DNA of 64,000 nt from the human T2T-CHM13v2.0 reference genome, Homo sapiens. The translations under genes were made by a program, and so were the position numbers. The notes beneath the pieces were generated by a model. That model saw only the letters and a list, made by a program, of their open reading frames with translations, was not told where the DNA came from and ran no database searches. How positions within the stretch are numbered: the stretch's first letter is position 1; each line of letters opens with the position of its first letter. Of this stretch, positions 41,254 through 55,562 are shown piece after piece. The stretch is taken from NCBI RefSeq assembly GCF_009914755.1, contig NC_060929.1; one strand, 5' to 3'.

Positions 41254-42103
41254 GCACCCAATACAAAATGCAATTCTTTATTTACTTAGCACAGACCCTA
41301 CTTAATTCTTTATCTAGAGAATGAAACCAGCACAAAGAAAAGGGGTTGCATTGACAGAGCATTGAGAAATTATGGCCCAGAAGGAAATTCTTTGAAGAAT
41401 TCAACAAAAAAACTTAGGAAGATAAGAAATTTGTGTCACAAACTCAAAGTCATATAAGATCGAAGTAGGTCAGATGGAAAGTTTATGTTCAAACAAAAGT
41501 GGTAAATTTTTTGCATTGTGGGAGTACTGTCATGTGGGCCTAGGTTTGCCAGATATTCAGATTTTACAAAAGGAGACAGAAAGACAGGTTTTCATGTGTC
41601 TTTTCTGATTTATAAGTATCAAATTATTATTTTTAACCACTTGGTGGTCTAAATACGTCTGTGGATTGTCTGGTTGTTGTGTTGTCTGTTGGTTTAATGC
41701 TAGGAGGCAGGAGTCTATGGCCAAAACAGCCTGTCATCTATTTTTTTACAGCCTGCCTGATTGGAATGGTTTTTATACTTTATCAATGATTTAAAAGAAT
41801 CAAAAGAAGATTAATATTTCATGATGTAAAAATTATGTGAAATTTAAATTTCAACGTGAGACACAATCATATTTATTCATTTACATATTATCTGTAGCTG
41901 CTTTCATGCTACAAGTCCCGAGCTAACTAGTTGCAAGAAAGGCTCTCTTCTCATCATGCTCCCTGTACTACAAGTTGCCATGTTGTAGCTATAACTTGAC
42001 AGCATTTCAAAATGCATATTATTCAATGTCATCTATATTTACGTTTCATTATCAGCACATACCTATTATGTTAAAACAAGAAAAGAAAAGTGAACTTCAA
42101 GTG

Positions 42104-42580
42104 TGTGGTAGGCTGGATATCTGAAAGGTGTCCATGTCCTAATTTATGGAACCTGTATATTACTTTATATATATACTTTATATAAAAGGGACATTGCAGC
42201 TATGATCAAATTCAGGATTTTGAGATGGGGAGGATATTCTGAGTTATCTGGGTATATCTGATATAATTACAAGGGTTGTTATAAGAGGGACATAGGAAAG
42301 TCAGACAGAAAGAGAAGGCAATATGATGATGAAAGCAGAGAGGGTAGTGATGCCAGACACAGGCCAAGGTATTCGAGCAGCCTCTAGAAGTGGGAAGACA
42401 TAAAGAACAGATTTACCCTGGAGACTCCAAAAGAAACTAACCCTGCTGACATCTTGATTTTAGCCCCTGAGACTCATTTCTGACTTCTGACTCAAGAACT
42501 GTAGGAAAAAATATATTTGTGTTGTTTTAATCCACTAAGTTTGTGGTAATTCATTATAGCAGCCATAGGAAACTAACACA
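42104..42580 (+). mobile_element. MLT1D-like LTR
   Basis: tgtggtaggctg...ccactaagtttgtggtaat...ggaaactaacaca. Confidence 0.85.
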
Positions 42581-43697
42581 GAATTCCACAGTTTTGAAGC
42601 ACAGTGGAGTGTGAATGATTTTATTATTGAATTAGAGGCCAAACATTGTGTTTATTATTCAATGACAATACAGATGTACTAAAAGACTATAATGAATAAT
42701 AGCACTACCAGAACAAATGCTCATCATGATATTCCCAATGCACAGGAAAGCAATGGTCAAGAAGAATTTTTAAAAAACTAAAAAAAAAATCTCATCTGAA
42801 CAGAAATTTTCACAACAATGAAAACAAAATGAAGTTGCAAGTAAAATAAAATTTTTATGAGTCATTTGTAAACTTAGCAAGAAAAGTCACTTACTGATGG
42901 TAAGTTAATTAAATTGTGTTTGGGGAAAATAAATTTGCTTATCACTATTAGTAAGTTTATAGTTTAGAGTCATAAACTAGTCAAAAGTTTCTCTCTTTTG
43001 GTGAGAACAGCTGCCTAAAAGAGTTGAAGACATTTGGAACAATATTGCTATTTAATTAAAAAACAAGACGAACAATATTGAACACATTTCTTTGGTTATT
43101 AGCAAGTTGACAGATGTTACCATACTATTCAGCTATTTATCTGAAAAGTCAATACCAAGTTTTAGGAGACCGAAGAAATAGTTTGCGTGAAACATTTAAA
43201 GGAAAATAATTTTTCAAATAATTTAAGAAAATACTAACTCAGTACAATCTGAAGTGGAATCTGCTAAGATGTGTTATTATATAAATGAAGGCAGCAAAAA
43301 TAATACATGAAGAAGAAATAGATTTAATTAGACAAATTTACAAAGCTGAAAATGTGAGATATTTAAAGCTATATTTGTTCATTGTATTATTAATTGGCAG
43401 GTATTTTGCAGAAAATATTTTGATTTATCGTGTCTTACTGAATTTATACTATCAATGGTGAAAGTCACTCTAGTGAACTTAATCACTGTCAACTTTGTGA
43501 ATAGATACTGAATACCCTGACTTGTCCTACCACAGCAGTCTGACAACTAACAGTAATAGTTTTCTTGCTATTACTTTATTTAATAACTTTATTACTATTA
43601 AAGTAATAGTAACTTTATTACTATCGAAAGTTTTATGAACAAAAAGAATCATTTTAAACTGTCATTATGCAACACTGCATGCTTTGAAAATTGATTT

Positions 43698-46600
43698 GCA
43701 GAGGGGCTAATGGCCAAATAGAAACAGCTCCAGTCTGCAGCTCCCAGCAAGACAAATGCAGAAGGTGGGTGATCTCTGCATTTCCAACTGAGGTACCCAG
43801 TTCATCTCACTGGGATTGGTTAGGCAGTGGATGCAACCCATGGAGAGTGAGCAGAAGCAGGGTAGGGTGTTGCTTCATCTGGGAAGTACGTGGAGCTGCT
43901 TCATCTGGGAAGTACCCCAGCCAGGGGAAGCGGTGAGGGACTGTGCTACCCACCCAGCGTACTGTGCTTTTCTCGTGGATTTTTGCAATCTGAGCCTATA
44001 CCACCAGGGCTCTGGGTTTCAAGCACAAAATTGGGCGGCTATTTGGTCAGGCACTGAGCTGCAGGAGTTTTTTCAAACTCCAGCAGTGCCTGTAACTCCA
44101 GTAAGACAGGAGAACCTTACACTCTCTGGAAAGGGGGCTGAAGCCAGGGAGCCAAGAGGTCTTGCTCAGTGGGTCTCATTCCCACAGATCCCAGCAAGCT
44201 AAGAACCACTGGCTTGAAATTCTCACTGCCAGGACAGCAGTCTGGAGTTGGACTGGGACGATTGAGTTTGGTGCGGGGAGGGGTGACCACCACCATTACT
44301 GTGGCTTAAGTAGGCAGTTTTCCTCTGACAGTGCTAAGGAGACTGAGAGGTTTGGACTGGGTGGAATTCAACACAGTGCAGCAAATTGGCTGTGGCCAGA
44401 CTGCTTCTCTTGATTCCTCCTCCCTGGGCAGGACATCTGTGCAGGAAATGAAATAGCAACTCCAATCAGGGGCTTATAGACAAAATTCTCATCTCCCTGG
44501 GTCAGAGCACCTGAGGGGAGGGGCAGCTGTGGTCCAAGGTTCAGCAGACTTCATCTTTTCTGCCAGCTCTGAAGAGAGCAGCTGATCCTGACAAGGTGGA
44601 TTCTCCCAGCACAGCGCACCAGCTCTGCTAAGGGACAGACTGCCTCCTCAGGCAGGTACCTGATCCCCATGCCTCCTGACTGGGAGAGACCTCCCAACAG
44701 GGGTTGACAGACACCTCACACAGGGGAGCTCCGGTTGGTTATCAGGCCAGTGCCCCTCTGGGACAAAGCTTCCTGAGAGAGGAGCAGGCAGCAATCTCTG
44801 TTGATCTGCAGCCTCCACTGGTGATACCAAGGTGAACAGGGCCTGGAGTGGACCTCCAGCAAACTGCAGCAGACCTGCAGAAGAGGGGCCTGACTATTAG
44901 AAGAAAAATCAACAAACAGAAAGCAACAACAACAACAACAACATCAAGAAAAAAGGCCTCCCATAAAACCCAATGCGAAGGTCATCAGCCTCAAAGATCA
45001 AAGGTAGGAAAATCCACGAAGATGAGGAAAAAGCAGTGCAAAAACACTAAAAATTCCAAAATCAGTGCAAAAATGCGAAAAATTCCAAAAGTCTTCTCCA
45101 AATGATTGCAACACCTCTCCAGCAAGGGTGCAAAACAGGATGGAGAATGAGATGGACGAATTCACAGAAGTAGACTTCAGAAGGTGGGTAATAACAAACT
45201 CCGCTGAGCTAAAGGAACATGTTCTAACCCAATGCAAGGAAGCTAAGAACCTTGATAAAAGGTGACAGGAACTGCAAACTAGAATAACCAGTTTAGAGAG
45301 GAGCATAAATTACCTGATGGAGTTGAAAAACAACACAAGAACTTCGTGAAGCATACACAAGTATCAACAACCAAATCAATCAAGTGGAAGAAAGGATATC
45401 AGAGTTTAAAGACCATCTTGTTGAAATAAGGCATGAAAACAAGATTAGAGAAAAAAGAATGAAAAGGAACAAAGAAAACCTCCAAGAAATATGGGACTAT
45501 GTAAAAAGACCAAACCTATGATTGACTGGAGTACCTGAAAGAGACGGGGGGAATGGACCAAGTTGAAAAACACACTTCAGGATGTTATCCTGGAGAACTT
45601 CCCCAACCTAGCAAGACAGACCAACACTCAAATTTAGGTAATACAGAGAACACCACTAAGACACTCCATGAGAAGATCAACCCCAAGACACATAATCATC
45701 AGATTCTCCAAGGTCGAAATGAAGGAAAAAATGTTAAGAGAAGCCAGAGAGAAAGGTCAGATTACCTACAAGGGGAAACCCATTTGTAGGTAACAGGAGA
45801 TCTCTCAGCAGAAACCCTACAAGCCAAAAGAGTGGGGGCCAATATTCAACATTCTTAAAGAAAAGAATTTTCAACCCAGAATTTCATATCCAGCCAAACT
45901 AAGCTTCATACACAAAGGAGAAATAAAGACCTTTCCAGACAAGCAGATACTAAGGGATTTCATCACCACCAGGCTTGCCTTGCAAGAGCTCCTGAAGGAA
46001 GCACTAAATATGGAAAGGAAAAACTGGCACCAGCCACTGCAAAAACCCACCAAAGTATAAACACCAATGACACTATAAAGAAACTGCATCAACTAGTGTG
46101 CAAAATAACCAGCTAGCATCATGATGACAGGATCAAATTCACACATAAGAATATTAACCTTAAATGTAAATGGGCTAAGTGTCCCAATTAAAAGACACAG
46201 ACCAGCAAATTGGATAGAGTCAAGACCCGTCAGTATGCTGTATTTAGGAGACCCATCACATGTGCAAAGACACACAAGGCTCAAAATAAAGGGATGGAGG
46301 AAAATTTCCCAAGCAAATGGAAAGCAAAAAACAAACAAACAAAACAAACAAAAAAGCAGGATTTGCAATCCTAGTCTTTGATGAAATAGACTTTAAACTG
46401 ACAAAGATTAAAAAAAAGATAAAGAAGAGCATTACATAATGATAAAGGGATCAGTGCAACAAGAAGAGCTAACTATCTTAAATATATATGCACCCAATAC
46501 AGGAGCACCCAGATTCATAAAATAAGTTCTTAGAGACCTACAAAGAGACTTAGACTCCAACACAATAATATTGGGAGACTTTAACATCCTGCTGTCAATA

Positions 46601-49530
46601 TTAGACAAATCAATGAGACACAAAATTAACAAGGACATTCAGGATCTGAGCTCCTCTCTGGACCAAGTGGACCTAATAGACATCTTCAGAACTCTCCATC
46701 CCAAATCAACAGAATATACACTCATCTCAGTGCCACATGGCACTTATTCTAAAATTGACTGCGTAATTGGAAGTAAAATACTCCTCAGCAAATGCAAAAT
46801 AAGAGAAATCATAACAAACAGTCTCTCAGACCACAGTGCAATTAAATTAGGACTCAGGATTAAGAAACTCTCTCAAAATCACAAACTACATGGAAATTGA
46901 ATAACCTGCTCCTGATTGACTCTTGGGTAAATAATGAAATTAAGGCAGACATCAAGAAGGTCTTTGAAACCAATGAGAACAAAGAGACAATGTACCAGAA
47001 TCTCTGGGACTCAGCTAAAGCAGTGTTAAGAGGGAAATTTATAGTACTAAATGCCCACATCAGGAAGCTGGAAAGTTCTCAAATCGACACCCTAACATCA
47101 CAATTAAAATAACTAGATAAGCAAGAGCAAACAAATCCAAAAGCTAGCAGGAGACAAGAAATAACTAAGATCAGAGCAGCACTGAAGGAGATAGAGACAT
47201 GAAAAACCCTTCGAAAAATCAATGAATCCAGGAGCTCGTTTTTTGAAAAAAATAACAAAATAGATAGACTGCTACCTATCTAGAAGAAAAGAGAGAAGAA
47301 TCAAATAGACATAATAAAAATGATAAAGGGGATATCACCACTGACACCACAGAATTACAAACTACCATCAGAGAATTCTATGAACACCTCTATGCAAATA
47401 AACTAGAAAATCTAGAAGAAATGGATAAATTCCTGGACACATACATCCTCCCAAGACTAAACCAGGAAGAAGTCAAATCCCTGAATAGACTGATAACAAG
47501 TTCTGAAATTGAGGCAGTAATTAATAGCCTACCAACCAAATAAAGCCCAGGACCAGACAGATTCACAGCTGAATTCTACCAGAGGTACAAAGAGGAGCTG
47601 GTACCATTCCTTCTGAAACTATTCCAAAAAATTGAAAACGAGGGACTCCTCCCTAACTCATTTTATGAGGCCAGCATTATCCTGATACCAAAACCTGGCA
47701 GAGACACAACAATAAAAGAAAACTTCAGGCCAATATTCCTGATGAACATCCATGCGAAAATCCTCAATAAAACACTGGCAAACCAAATCCAGTAGCACAT
47801 CAAAAAGCTTATCCACCATGATCAAGTCCACTTCATCCCTGGGATGCAAGGCTGATTCAACATACGCAAATCAATAAACATAATCACATAAACAGAACTA
47901 ATGACAAAAACCACATGACTATCTCAATAGATGGAGAAATGATCTTCGATAAAATTCAACATCACTTCACGTTAAAAACTTTTAACAAACTAGGTATTGA
48001 TGGAACATATCTCAAAATAAGAAGAGATATTTATGACAAACCCATAGCCAATATCATACTGAATAGGCAAAAGCTGGAAGCATTATCTTTGAAAACCATC
48101 ACAAGACAAGGATGCCCTCTCTCACCAGTCCTATTCAACACAGTATTGGAAGTTCTGGGCAGGGCAATCAGGCAAGGGAAAGAAATAAAGGGTACTCAAA
48201 TAGGAAGAGAGGAAATCAAATTGTCTCTGTTTGCAGATGGCATGATTCTATATTTAGAAAACCCCATTGTCTCAGCCCTAAAACTCCTTAAGCTGATAAG
48301 CAACTTCAGAAAAGTCTCAGGATACAAAATCAATGTGCGAAAATCACAAGCATTCCTGTACAGCAACAATAGATGAGCAAAGAACCAAATCATGAATGAA
48401 CTCCCATTTACAATTGCTACAAAGAGAATAAAATATGTAGAAATACAGCTTACAAGGGATGTGAAGGACCTCTTCAAGGAGAACTACAAACCACTGCTCA
48501 AGGAAACAAGAGAGGACTCAAACAAATGGAAAAATATTCCATCCTCATAGATAGGAGGTATCAATATCATGAAAATGGCCATACTGCCCAAAGTAATTTA
48601 TAGATTCAATGCTATTTCCATCAAACTACCACTTACATTTTTCACAGAATTAGAACAAAACTACCTTAAATTTCACGTGGAACCAGAAAAGTGGGCAAAG
48701 GATATGAACAGACGCTTCTCAAAAGAAGACATTTATGTAGCCAACAAACATATGCAGAAAAGCTCAACATCACTGATCATTACAGAAATGCAAATCAAAA
48801 CCACAGTGAGATACCATCTCATGCCAGTCAGAATGCCGATTATTAAAAAACCAAGAAACAATAGATGCTGGCGAGGCTGTGGAGAAATAGGAATGCTTTT
48901 GCACTGTTGATGGGAGTGTAAATTAGTTTGACCATCGTGGAAGACAATGTGGTGATTCCTTAAGGATCTAGAACCAGAAATACCATTTGACCCAGCAATC
49001 CCATTACTGAGTGTTTACCCAAAGGAATATAAATCATTCTACTATAAAGACACATGCACACATATGTTTGTTGCAGCACTATTTACAATAGCAAGCATAT
49101 GGAACCAACCCAAGTGTCCATCAATGATAGACTGTATAAAGAAAATGTTGTACATCTACACCATGGAATACTGTGCAGCCATAAAAAAGAATGAGATCAT
49201 ATCATTTGCTGGAAGATGGATGAAGCTGGAAGCCATCATCCTCAGCAAACTAACACAGGAACAGAAAACCAAACACTGCATGTTCTCACTCATTAGTGGG
49301 AGTTGAACAGTGAGAACACATGGACACAGGGAGGGGAACAACACACATTGGGGTCTCTCGGGGGTCAGGGCCAAGGGGAGGGAGAGCATTAGGCCAAATA
49401 CTTAATGCATGTGGGGCTTAAAACCTAGATGACAGGTTGATGGGTGCAGCAAACCACTATGGCACATGTATACCTGTGTAACAAATCTGCACGTTCTGCA
49501 CATGTATCCCAGAACTTAAAAAAAAAGAAA
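43698..49530 (+). mobile_element. Near full-length L1PA7/8-type LINE-1, inactive
   Basis: 5'UTR, ORF1, ORF2 EN (MTGSNSHIRILTLNVNGL; GDFN; SDHS) and RT (RQGCPLSP; LFADGM), 3'UTR, poly(A); TSD gaaaatt(g/a)attt at 43686-43697 and 49531-49542; many stops; ORF2 deletion at ~48685. Confidence 0.97.
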
Positions 49531-49757
49531 GAAAATTAATTTTCTTTTGCTGAAGACTTGATAATATTGTATAATGAACTAAACCAAAAATTACAAACCA
49601 AAACAGTGCTTATATGTGAAATTTATAATGCAGCAAAGATATTTTTATTACTATTATTGTTAAAATGAAAATATTAATGTTATTTAATTATAACATTACT
49701 ATTTAATAGTAATGTCAAGCTGCTTTATACACGTCTTCTGCTAAAAGTTAAATGGTT

Positions 49758-50066
49758 AGCCAGGCGCAGTAGCTCATGCCTCTAATCCCAACACTTTGGG
49801 AGGCCAAAGCATAAGAATCACTTGAGCCCAGTTGTTAAACACCAGGGTGGACAACATAAAAAGATCCTGTCTCTACCAAAAATTAAAAAAAAAATTAGGT
49901 GGTCATAGTGGTGTGTGCTTGTAGTTGCAGCTACTCCAGGGACTGAGGTGGGAGAATCCCTTAAGCCTGGGAGTTGTGCAATCAGGGCTGCAGTGAGTCC
50001 TGATTGCGCCACTGCACTCTGGTCTGGGTGACAGAGATCCTGTCTGTCTCAAAATAAATAAATAAA
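49758..50066 (+). mobile_element. AluJ
   Basis: Diverged dimer with (AAAT)n tail; partial TSD agttaaatg. Confidence 0.9.
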
Positions 50067-50569
50067 TAGTTAAATGAAGAAAGATCTTCACCACACTAAT
50101 TTTAGCAGATACATTTTTTAAATGTGGATTATAGTTTTAGCTGCATTTTTCAGACCTCAAAGGGAATTTTCATATTTCAAAATACGTTTAACTGTACAAC
50201 TGAGGCGCTTCTACCTATCCTTAAATTGGAAGTAATTAATCTACTTTGTAGTGATATGCTGAAGGGCAAATATCAAAGAAAAGAATCTAATAGAATCTAC
50301 AAATGCCTTCCCAATAATGAATATACTCAATTAAAATTATATGCTGATGAATTAGCATCAGTACTTGGCAATACTTTTCTATGGGAAAAAGACGTTTTTA
50401 AAGATGAAAGCGGTAAAATCTCATTACATATCAGCATTAACAGATGAACATTTATAGCTGGTTTTGATTATAGGGAATACTAACTTTGAACTTTATTTAA
50501 GTGAAATGTTATTCTCCCACCAAAAAGAAAAAAAAAGAATTCAATTCATTAGTAGACATCTATTACTGA

Positions 50570-50926
<357 letters not shown>

Positions 50927-51018
50927 TGAAAAATTGTTTTTTTTCCTTCTGTTGTTACATAACTACCTAAGTAGTGTCCTCAGTTTTGCCTCTTAGTTTA
51001 CAAAGCCTGAAATATTTA

Positions 51019-53244
51019 TAGACATACCTCATCTTATTGCACTGCATTTTATTACCCTTTACAGATGTTGCATTTTTATAAATTGAAAGTTTGTGGCAAC
51101 CGTACATCAAGCAATTCTATTAGTATCATTTTTCCAAAATCTCCTGTATCACATTTTGGTGATTCTCACAATATTTCAAACTTTTTCATCGTTATTATAT
51201 CTATTATGGTGACTTGTGATCAGTGATCTTTGATGCTACTATTGTAATTATTTTGAGGTGCTACAAGCCATGCCCGTATAGGACAGTGAACTTAATAGAT
51301 GAATGTTGTGTGTATTCTGACTTCTCCACCAATCAGCTATTTTGTTGTTGCTCTTCCTCTCATTGAGGCTTCCTTATTCCATACAGACACATCAATATTG
51401 AAATTAGGCACATTAATAACCCTACAATGGCCTCTAAGTTTTCAAGTGAAAGCAAGAGTCGCATGTCTCTCACTTTTAATCCAAAGCTAGAAATAATTCA
51501 AGTTAGTGTGGAAAACATGTTAAACGCTGAGATAGCGGTCAACGATAATTTATTGTACATTTTAAAATAGCTAAAATCGTATCATTGGAATGTTTGTAAC
51601 ACAAAGAAATGATAAATTCTTGGGGTGATGGATACCCCATTTACCCTGATGTAGTTATTATAATACATATTGTTTGCCTGTATTAAAATATCTCATGTAC
51701 CTCATAAATATATACACTTACTGTGTACCCATAAAATTAATTAAAAAAAAAAGTCGAAATAAGCTGAAAGGTAGGCCTCTTGCACCAAATAGCCAAGTTG
51801 TGAATGCAAAGAAAACGTGCTTAAAGGACTACTCCAGTGAACACAGGAATGATAAGAAAGCAAAACAGCCTGATTGCTGATGTGGAGAAAGTTTGAGTGG
51901 TCTGGATAGAACTTCAAACCAGCCACAACATTCCCTTCAGCCAAAGCTTAATCCAGAGCAAGGCCCTAATTCTCTTCAATTCTATGAAGACTGAGGGAGG
52001 TGAGCAAACTGCAGAAGAAAATTGTGAAGCAAGCACAGGTTGGTTCGTAAGATTTAAGGAAAGAAGCCATTTCCATAACATAAAGTGTAAGGTGAAGCAG
52101 CAAGTGCTAAACGTAGAAGCTGCAGCAGGTTGTCCAGAAGACCCAGTTAAGATCACTGATTAAGGTGGTTACAATAAACTACAGATTTTCAAATGTGGAT
52201 GAAACAGCCTTCTATTCAAGGAAGATGCCATCTAGGACTTTCAGAGCTAGAGAGGAGAAGTCAATGCGTGGCTTCAGAGCTTCAGAGGATAAGCTGACTC
52301 TCTTGTTAGGGGCTAATGCAGCTGATGGCTTTAAGTTGAAGTCAGTGTTCACTTACCATTTGGAAAGTTCTTGGGTCGATACAAATGATACTAAATCTAC
52401 TCTGACTGTGCTCTATAAATGGAACAACAAAGCATGGATGACAGCATATCTATTTATAGTGCATGGTTTACTATTTTAAGCCCGCTGTTAAGACCTATTG
52501 CTTAGAAAAATGATTCCTTTCACAACATTACTGCTCATTGACAATGCACCTGGTCCCATGAGCTCTGATGGAGATATGTAAGGAGATTAATGTTGTTTCC
52601 ATGCCTGTTAACACAACATCCATTCTGCAGCCCACGGATCAGGAATAATTTTTATTTTCAAGTTTTATTATCTGAGAAATACATTTCATAAAGCTGTAGG
52701 TACCATATATATTCATTCCTCTGATGGATGTGGGCTAAGTAAATTGAAAATCTTCTGGAAAGAATTCACTATTCTGGATGACATTAAGAAGACTTAGGAT
52801 TCATGGAAGGAAGTAAAATATTAACAGGAGTTTCAAAGAAGTTGATTCCAACTTTCATGGATGGCTTTGAGGGGTTCAAGACTTCCGTGGAGGAAGTCAC
52901 TGCAGATGTGGTAGAAATAGCAAGAGATCTAAAATTAGAAGTGGAACCCGAGGATGTGACTGATTTCTGAAACCTCATGATAAAACTTTAAAAGATGAGG
53001 AGTTGCTTCTTATAGATGAGAAAAGCAAGTGGTTTCTTGAGATGGACTCTACTTCTAGTGAAGATGCTGTGAACATTGTTACAAGGACAGCAAGGAGTTT
53101 AGCATATTACATAAACTTAGTTGAAAAAGCAAAAGTGGATTTTGAGAGGATTGACTCTAATTTTGAAAGAATTTTTTCTGTGGGTAAAATGCTATCAAAA
53201 AACAGCACGTGCTACAAAGAAATTTTTCATGAAAGTGTCAATCA
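51019..53244 (+). mobile_element. Second Tigger1 copy, decayed, 3' end missing
   Basis: 5' TIR-like tagacatacctc; transposase remnants EASTGWFVRFKERS, NVDETAFYSRKMPSRTF and FERIDSNFER. Confidence 0.93.
51536..51752 (+). mobile_element. L1MA 3' fragment inserted in Tigger1
   Basis: gaaatgataaat..ttggggtgatggataccccatttaccctgatg...poly(A); Tigger1 resumes after it. Confidence 0.85.
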
Positions 53245-53429
53245 ACCCAGTGAGTTAGCAAAACAATGTACTTCTCTTCTCTGTTTCATTTTCCTGCTTC
53301 TCTACCAGTACCTCTGGAATCATCTCCCAAATAAACTACTTGTTCTTGAACCCTTGTGCCAGGGTCTTTGACAATTCACATAGATAGTGATCACATAAAA
53401 TCCACTTTGAAATATTTTTACAAAATAGT

Positions 53430-54313
53430 TATCTTCTAAAGAAAATGAGGAAAACAATCCTGTTTACAATAGCATCAAAAAGAATGAAATACTTAGAAAT
53501 AAACTTAACCAAAAAGCAAAAGGCTAGTACACTGAAACTACCCAACGTTGTTAAAAGAAATTAAAGACAACTCAGATAAATGGAAAGATATTGCTTGTTA
53601 TGGATTGTAAGCTTAACATTGTTAAAATGTCCATACTGCTCAAAGAAACTTATAGATTTAATGTAATCTTTATCAAAATCTCAATGACATTTTTGCAGAA
53701 ATAGAAAAAACCATAATAAAATTTATATGGCATCTCAAGGGACTCTGAATCATCAAGCAATATTGAAAGTGAAGAGCAAAGTAGGAAGCATTATAATTTC
53801 TGATTTCAAAACATATTACAAATCAACAGTAATCAAAAGAGTGTGGTACTGGCATAAATTCAGACATATAGACCAGTAGAAAACATTAGAAAGTCAAGAA
53901 ATATCCACACATATCTGCTGAAATGGTCTTTGATATGGATGCCAAGAGTACACAGTACAGAAAGGGAACTCTCTTTACCAAACGATAATGGAAGAACTGC
54001 ATTTCCACATACAATATAATGAAGTTTACCTTTCATTAGTGATGTTGGGAATTTTTTTATGTGCTTATTAGCCATTTGTGTATCTTCTTTGAAGAAATAT
54101 CTATTCAAGTCCTTTGCCTATTTTTTAATGGAATGTACAGTTTTTGTATCATTGTTATTGTTTTGAGACATCTTGCTCTGTCACCCAGGCTGGAGGGCAG
54201 TGGCACAGTCACAGCTTACTGAAGCTTCTTCAGGCTCAAGGGATGCTCCCACCACAGCCTCCCAAGAAGCTGGGACTACAGGCTTGTGCCACCATGCCTG
54301 CCTAGATTTTTAT

Positions 54314-54347
<34 letters not shown>

Positions 54348-55265
54348 ACAGGACCTGCCTGTGTTGCCCAGGCTGGCCTTGAACTCTTGGGTTCAAGCGA
54401 TCCACTTACCTAAGCCTCTTAAAGTGCTGGGATTATGGATGTGAGCCACAGTGCCCGGTTGGAATGAACATTTTTTAATTGACTGGACGCTAATCATTAG
54501 AGAAATGCAAATCAAAATTACAATGGGATGTCACTTTACATTCCTTAGGATAGCTACTATTTAAAAAAAGAAAATAGCAAATGTTAGCAAGGATGAGGGG
54601 AAATTAAAGCCCCTGTCCACTGCTGGTGGGAATGTAAAATTGTATAGCTGCTATGAAAACAGTACTGAGGTTCCTTAAAATATTTAAATAGAATCTGATC
54701 TAGTAATCCCACTTCTGGGTATGTATACAAAATAACTGAAAACAGGCTCTCAGAGAGCTACTTGCACACCATGTCCATTGCAGCATTATTCAAATTAGCC
54801 AAGAAGTGGAAGCTTAGCCAAGAAGTGGAAGCAACCCAAGTGTTCCCTAGGAGATGAATGTTTAAATAAATGTAATATGCACATACAATGGAATGTTACT
54901 CAGACTTAAAAAGGAAGGAAATCTTGTCATGCTACAACATAAATGAATGTTGAGGGCACTATACTAAGCAAAATAAGGCAGTCACTAAAAGACAAATACT
55001 GTATGAGTCCACTTCTATGAGGTGTCTGGAATAGTCCAACTCATAGAAACAGAAAGTAGACTGGTGATCGCCAGAGAGAAGAGGAAACTGGGAGTTGCTC
55101 AGTAGGTATAGAGTTTCAGGTTTACAAAATGAAAAAGTTCCAGATATCTGTTATGCAACAATATGGACATACCACAAATTAAATATATGTTTTTAAATGA
55201 TTACGATAATAAATTTTATGTTATGTGTTTTTATCACAACTAAAATGAACAATTAAAGGAAAAAA
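53430..55265 (+). mobile_element. L1MA/MB 3' region with an internal inverted segment
   Basis: Sense 53430-54030, antisense from 54031, sense 54489-55265 including 3'UTR. Confidence 0.85.
54145..54459 (-). mobile_element. AluJ
   Basis: Antisense dimer with an expanded mid T-run; TSD tggaatg(t/a)aca. Confidence 0.9.
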
Positions 55266-55270
55266 AACTT

Positions 55271-55562
55271 AGGCTGCGCACAGTGGCTCATGCCTATAAT
55301 CCCAGCACCTTTGGAGGCCTAGTTGGAAGGATCACATGAACCCAGGAGTTCAAGACCAGCCTGGGCAACATAGTCCGACTCCATCTCTACAAAAATTTAA
55401 AAAATCAGCTGGATATGGTGGTGCACACCTCTAGTTCCAGCTACTTAGGAGGCTGAAGTGGGAGGATTTATTGAGTCCAGGAGATCAAGGCTGCAGTGAG
55501 ATGTTATTGTGCCACTCTACTCCAGTCTACATGACACAGCTAGACCCTGTCTGAAAAAAAAA
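55271..55562 (+). mobile_element. AluJ
   Basis: ggctgcgcacagtggctc...gagatcaaggctgcagtgag; partial TSD aaactta. Confidence 0.9.

Noticed and set aside
44848-49306. L1 ORF1/ORF2 as a functional CDS or novel reverse transcriptase system
   Set aside because: Many stops and frameshifts, catalytic FADD reads FADG, internal deletion; an ordinary dead L1
54795-54832. Short tandem duplications (19 bp here; similar ones near 39844, 43870 and 45035) as a CRISPR-like array
   Set aside because: Only two copies each and no spacers; ordinary slippage in eukaryotic DNA
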